Origin: an uncultured Erysipelotrichaceae bacterium
Lineage (GTDB): Bacteria; Bacillota_I; Bacilli_A; Erysipelotrichales; Erysipelotrichaceae
NCBI GenBank assembly: GCA_964370395.1
Contig: CAYJIZ010000004.1
Span: 107,465 to 131,464 of the forward strand
Direction: 5' to 3'
DNA: 24,000 nt
Shown: piece after piece, positions 23,563-24,000 of the stretch
How positions within the stretch are numbered: position 1 is the first letter of the stretch
How the letters are laid out: every line of letters begins with the position of its first letter
The notes under the pieces: model-generated
Databases searched by the model: none
The model's input: only the letters and a program-made list of their open reading frames with translations
What the model was told of the DNA's origin: nothing
Translations under genes and position numbers: made by a program

Positions 23563-24000
23563 ATGATTGTGAAAATTATTACTGCTACTCTTGCTACCTT
23601 CTTCTTCGGTATCTTATTTAATATAAAAAAAGAACACCTAGCTTATGCTGCTATCGGAGGTGGCATCGGGGCAAGTGCTTATGAATTACTAACTTATTTT
23701 CATTTTGATAAATATACTTCTATCTTTATCGCTGCTATCGTACTCGCTATTTATTGCGAAAGCATGGCGCGTCACAAGAAAACAACCGTTACTACTTTCG
23801 CGATCTGCTCATTAATTCCACTCGTTCCAGGAAATGGGATGTACTTAACGATGATTTCACTTGTAAACAACGAGTTCAATAACGCCATATCTTATGGTTT
23901 TGATACACTTGCAAGTGCAGGTTTGCTTGCTTTAGGTATTTTATTTGTTTCTACTTTCGCAAAGTTTTTCAAACCTAAAAACAAAACGAAAGAAGCTTGA
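23563..24000 (+). CDS. threonine/serine exporter family protein, small subunit (YjjB-like)
   Basis: 145-aa four-TM protein that starts 2 nt after the partner stop. The stop codon TGA is at 23998-24000, so the gene is complete. Confidence 0.7.
   Translation: MIVKIITATLATFFFGILFNIKKEHLAYAAIGGGIGASAYELLTYFHFDKYTSIFIAAIVLAIYCESMARHKKTTVTTFAICSLIPLVPGNGMYLTMISLVNNEFNNAISYGFDTLASAGLLALGILFVSTFAKFFKPKNKTKEA

Noticed and set aside
21549-24000. Back-to-back half-size chrA genes and the split thrE-type genes as possible pseudogene fragments
   Set aside because: Both pairs have intact frames, coupled stop/start junctions and balanced sizes. Short-chain CHR pairs and YjjP/YjjB-type two-gene exporters are established native architectures.

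Overview
AT-rich, densely coding chromosomal segment with low-GC Gram-positive (Firmicutes-type) gene content and signals (AGGAG-type ribosome-binding sites, TTGnnn/TATAAT promoters, hairpin plus T-run terminators). I cannot assign a species from the sequence. Gene order: the 3' part of addA; an orphan 136-aa gene; a ~665-bp non-coding stretch (2791-3456); a minus-strand operon of malic enzyme, a two-subunit class I Fe-S fumarate/tartrate hydro-lyase and cutC, with overlapping stop/start codons; an XRE-HTH polytopic membrane protein; an HD hydrolase overlapping an Mrp/NBP35 ATPase; an AraC regulator plus an EamA transporter; a minus-strand fructose-family PTS locus (PRD/EIIA-type activator, EIIA, internal terminator, EIIB, EIIC, two class II ketose-bisphosphate aldolases); a SIS-domain protein; rarA; a ROK kinase; ychF; a split chrA pair; and a ThrE-type exporter pair. 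I saw no rRNA, tRNA, CRISPR array, transposase, integrase or recognisable defence gene, and most of the window is ordinary housekeeping or metabolic content. The one stretch that standard annotation does not explain is 2836-3413. It holds two 149-bp direct repeats (7 mismatches, no indels, period 406 bp) whose differences fall almost entirely in the loops of three hairpins. Each repeat has a conserved minus-strand -35/-10 pair and a bidirectional terminator. Together they bracket a mini-ORF with a strong Shine-Dalgarno sequence and an overlapping 27-aa hydrophobic ORF. I read this as a candidate small-RNA/small-peptide module (type I toxin-antitoxin-like), as a hypothesis only. The second notable signal is a 14-nt motif present five times, only in the two promoter regions of the PTS locus; it is probably the operator of the locus-encoded PRD activator.
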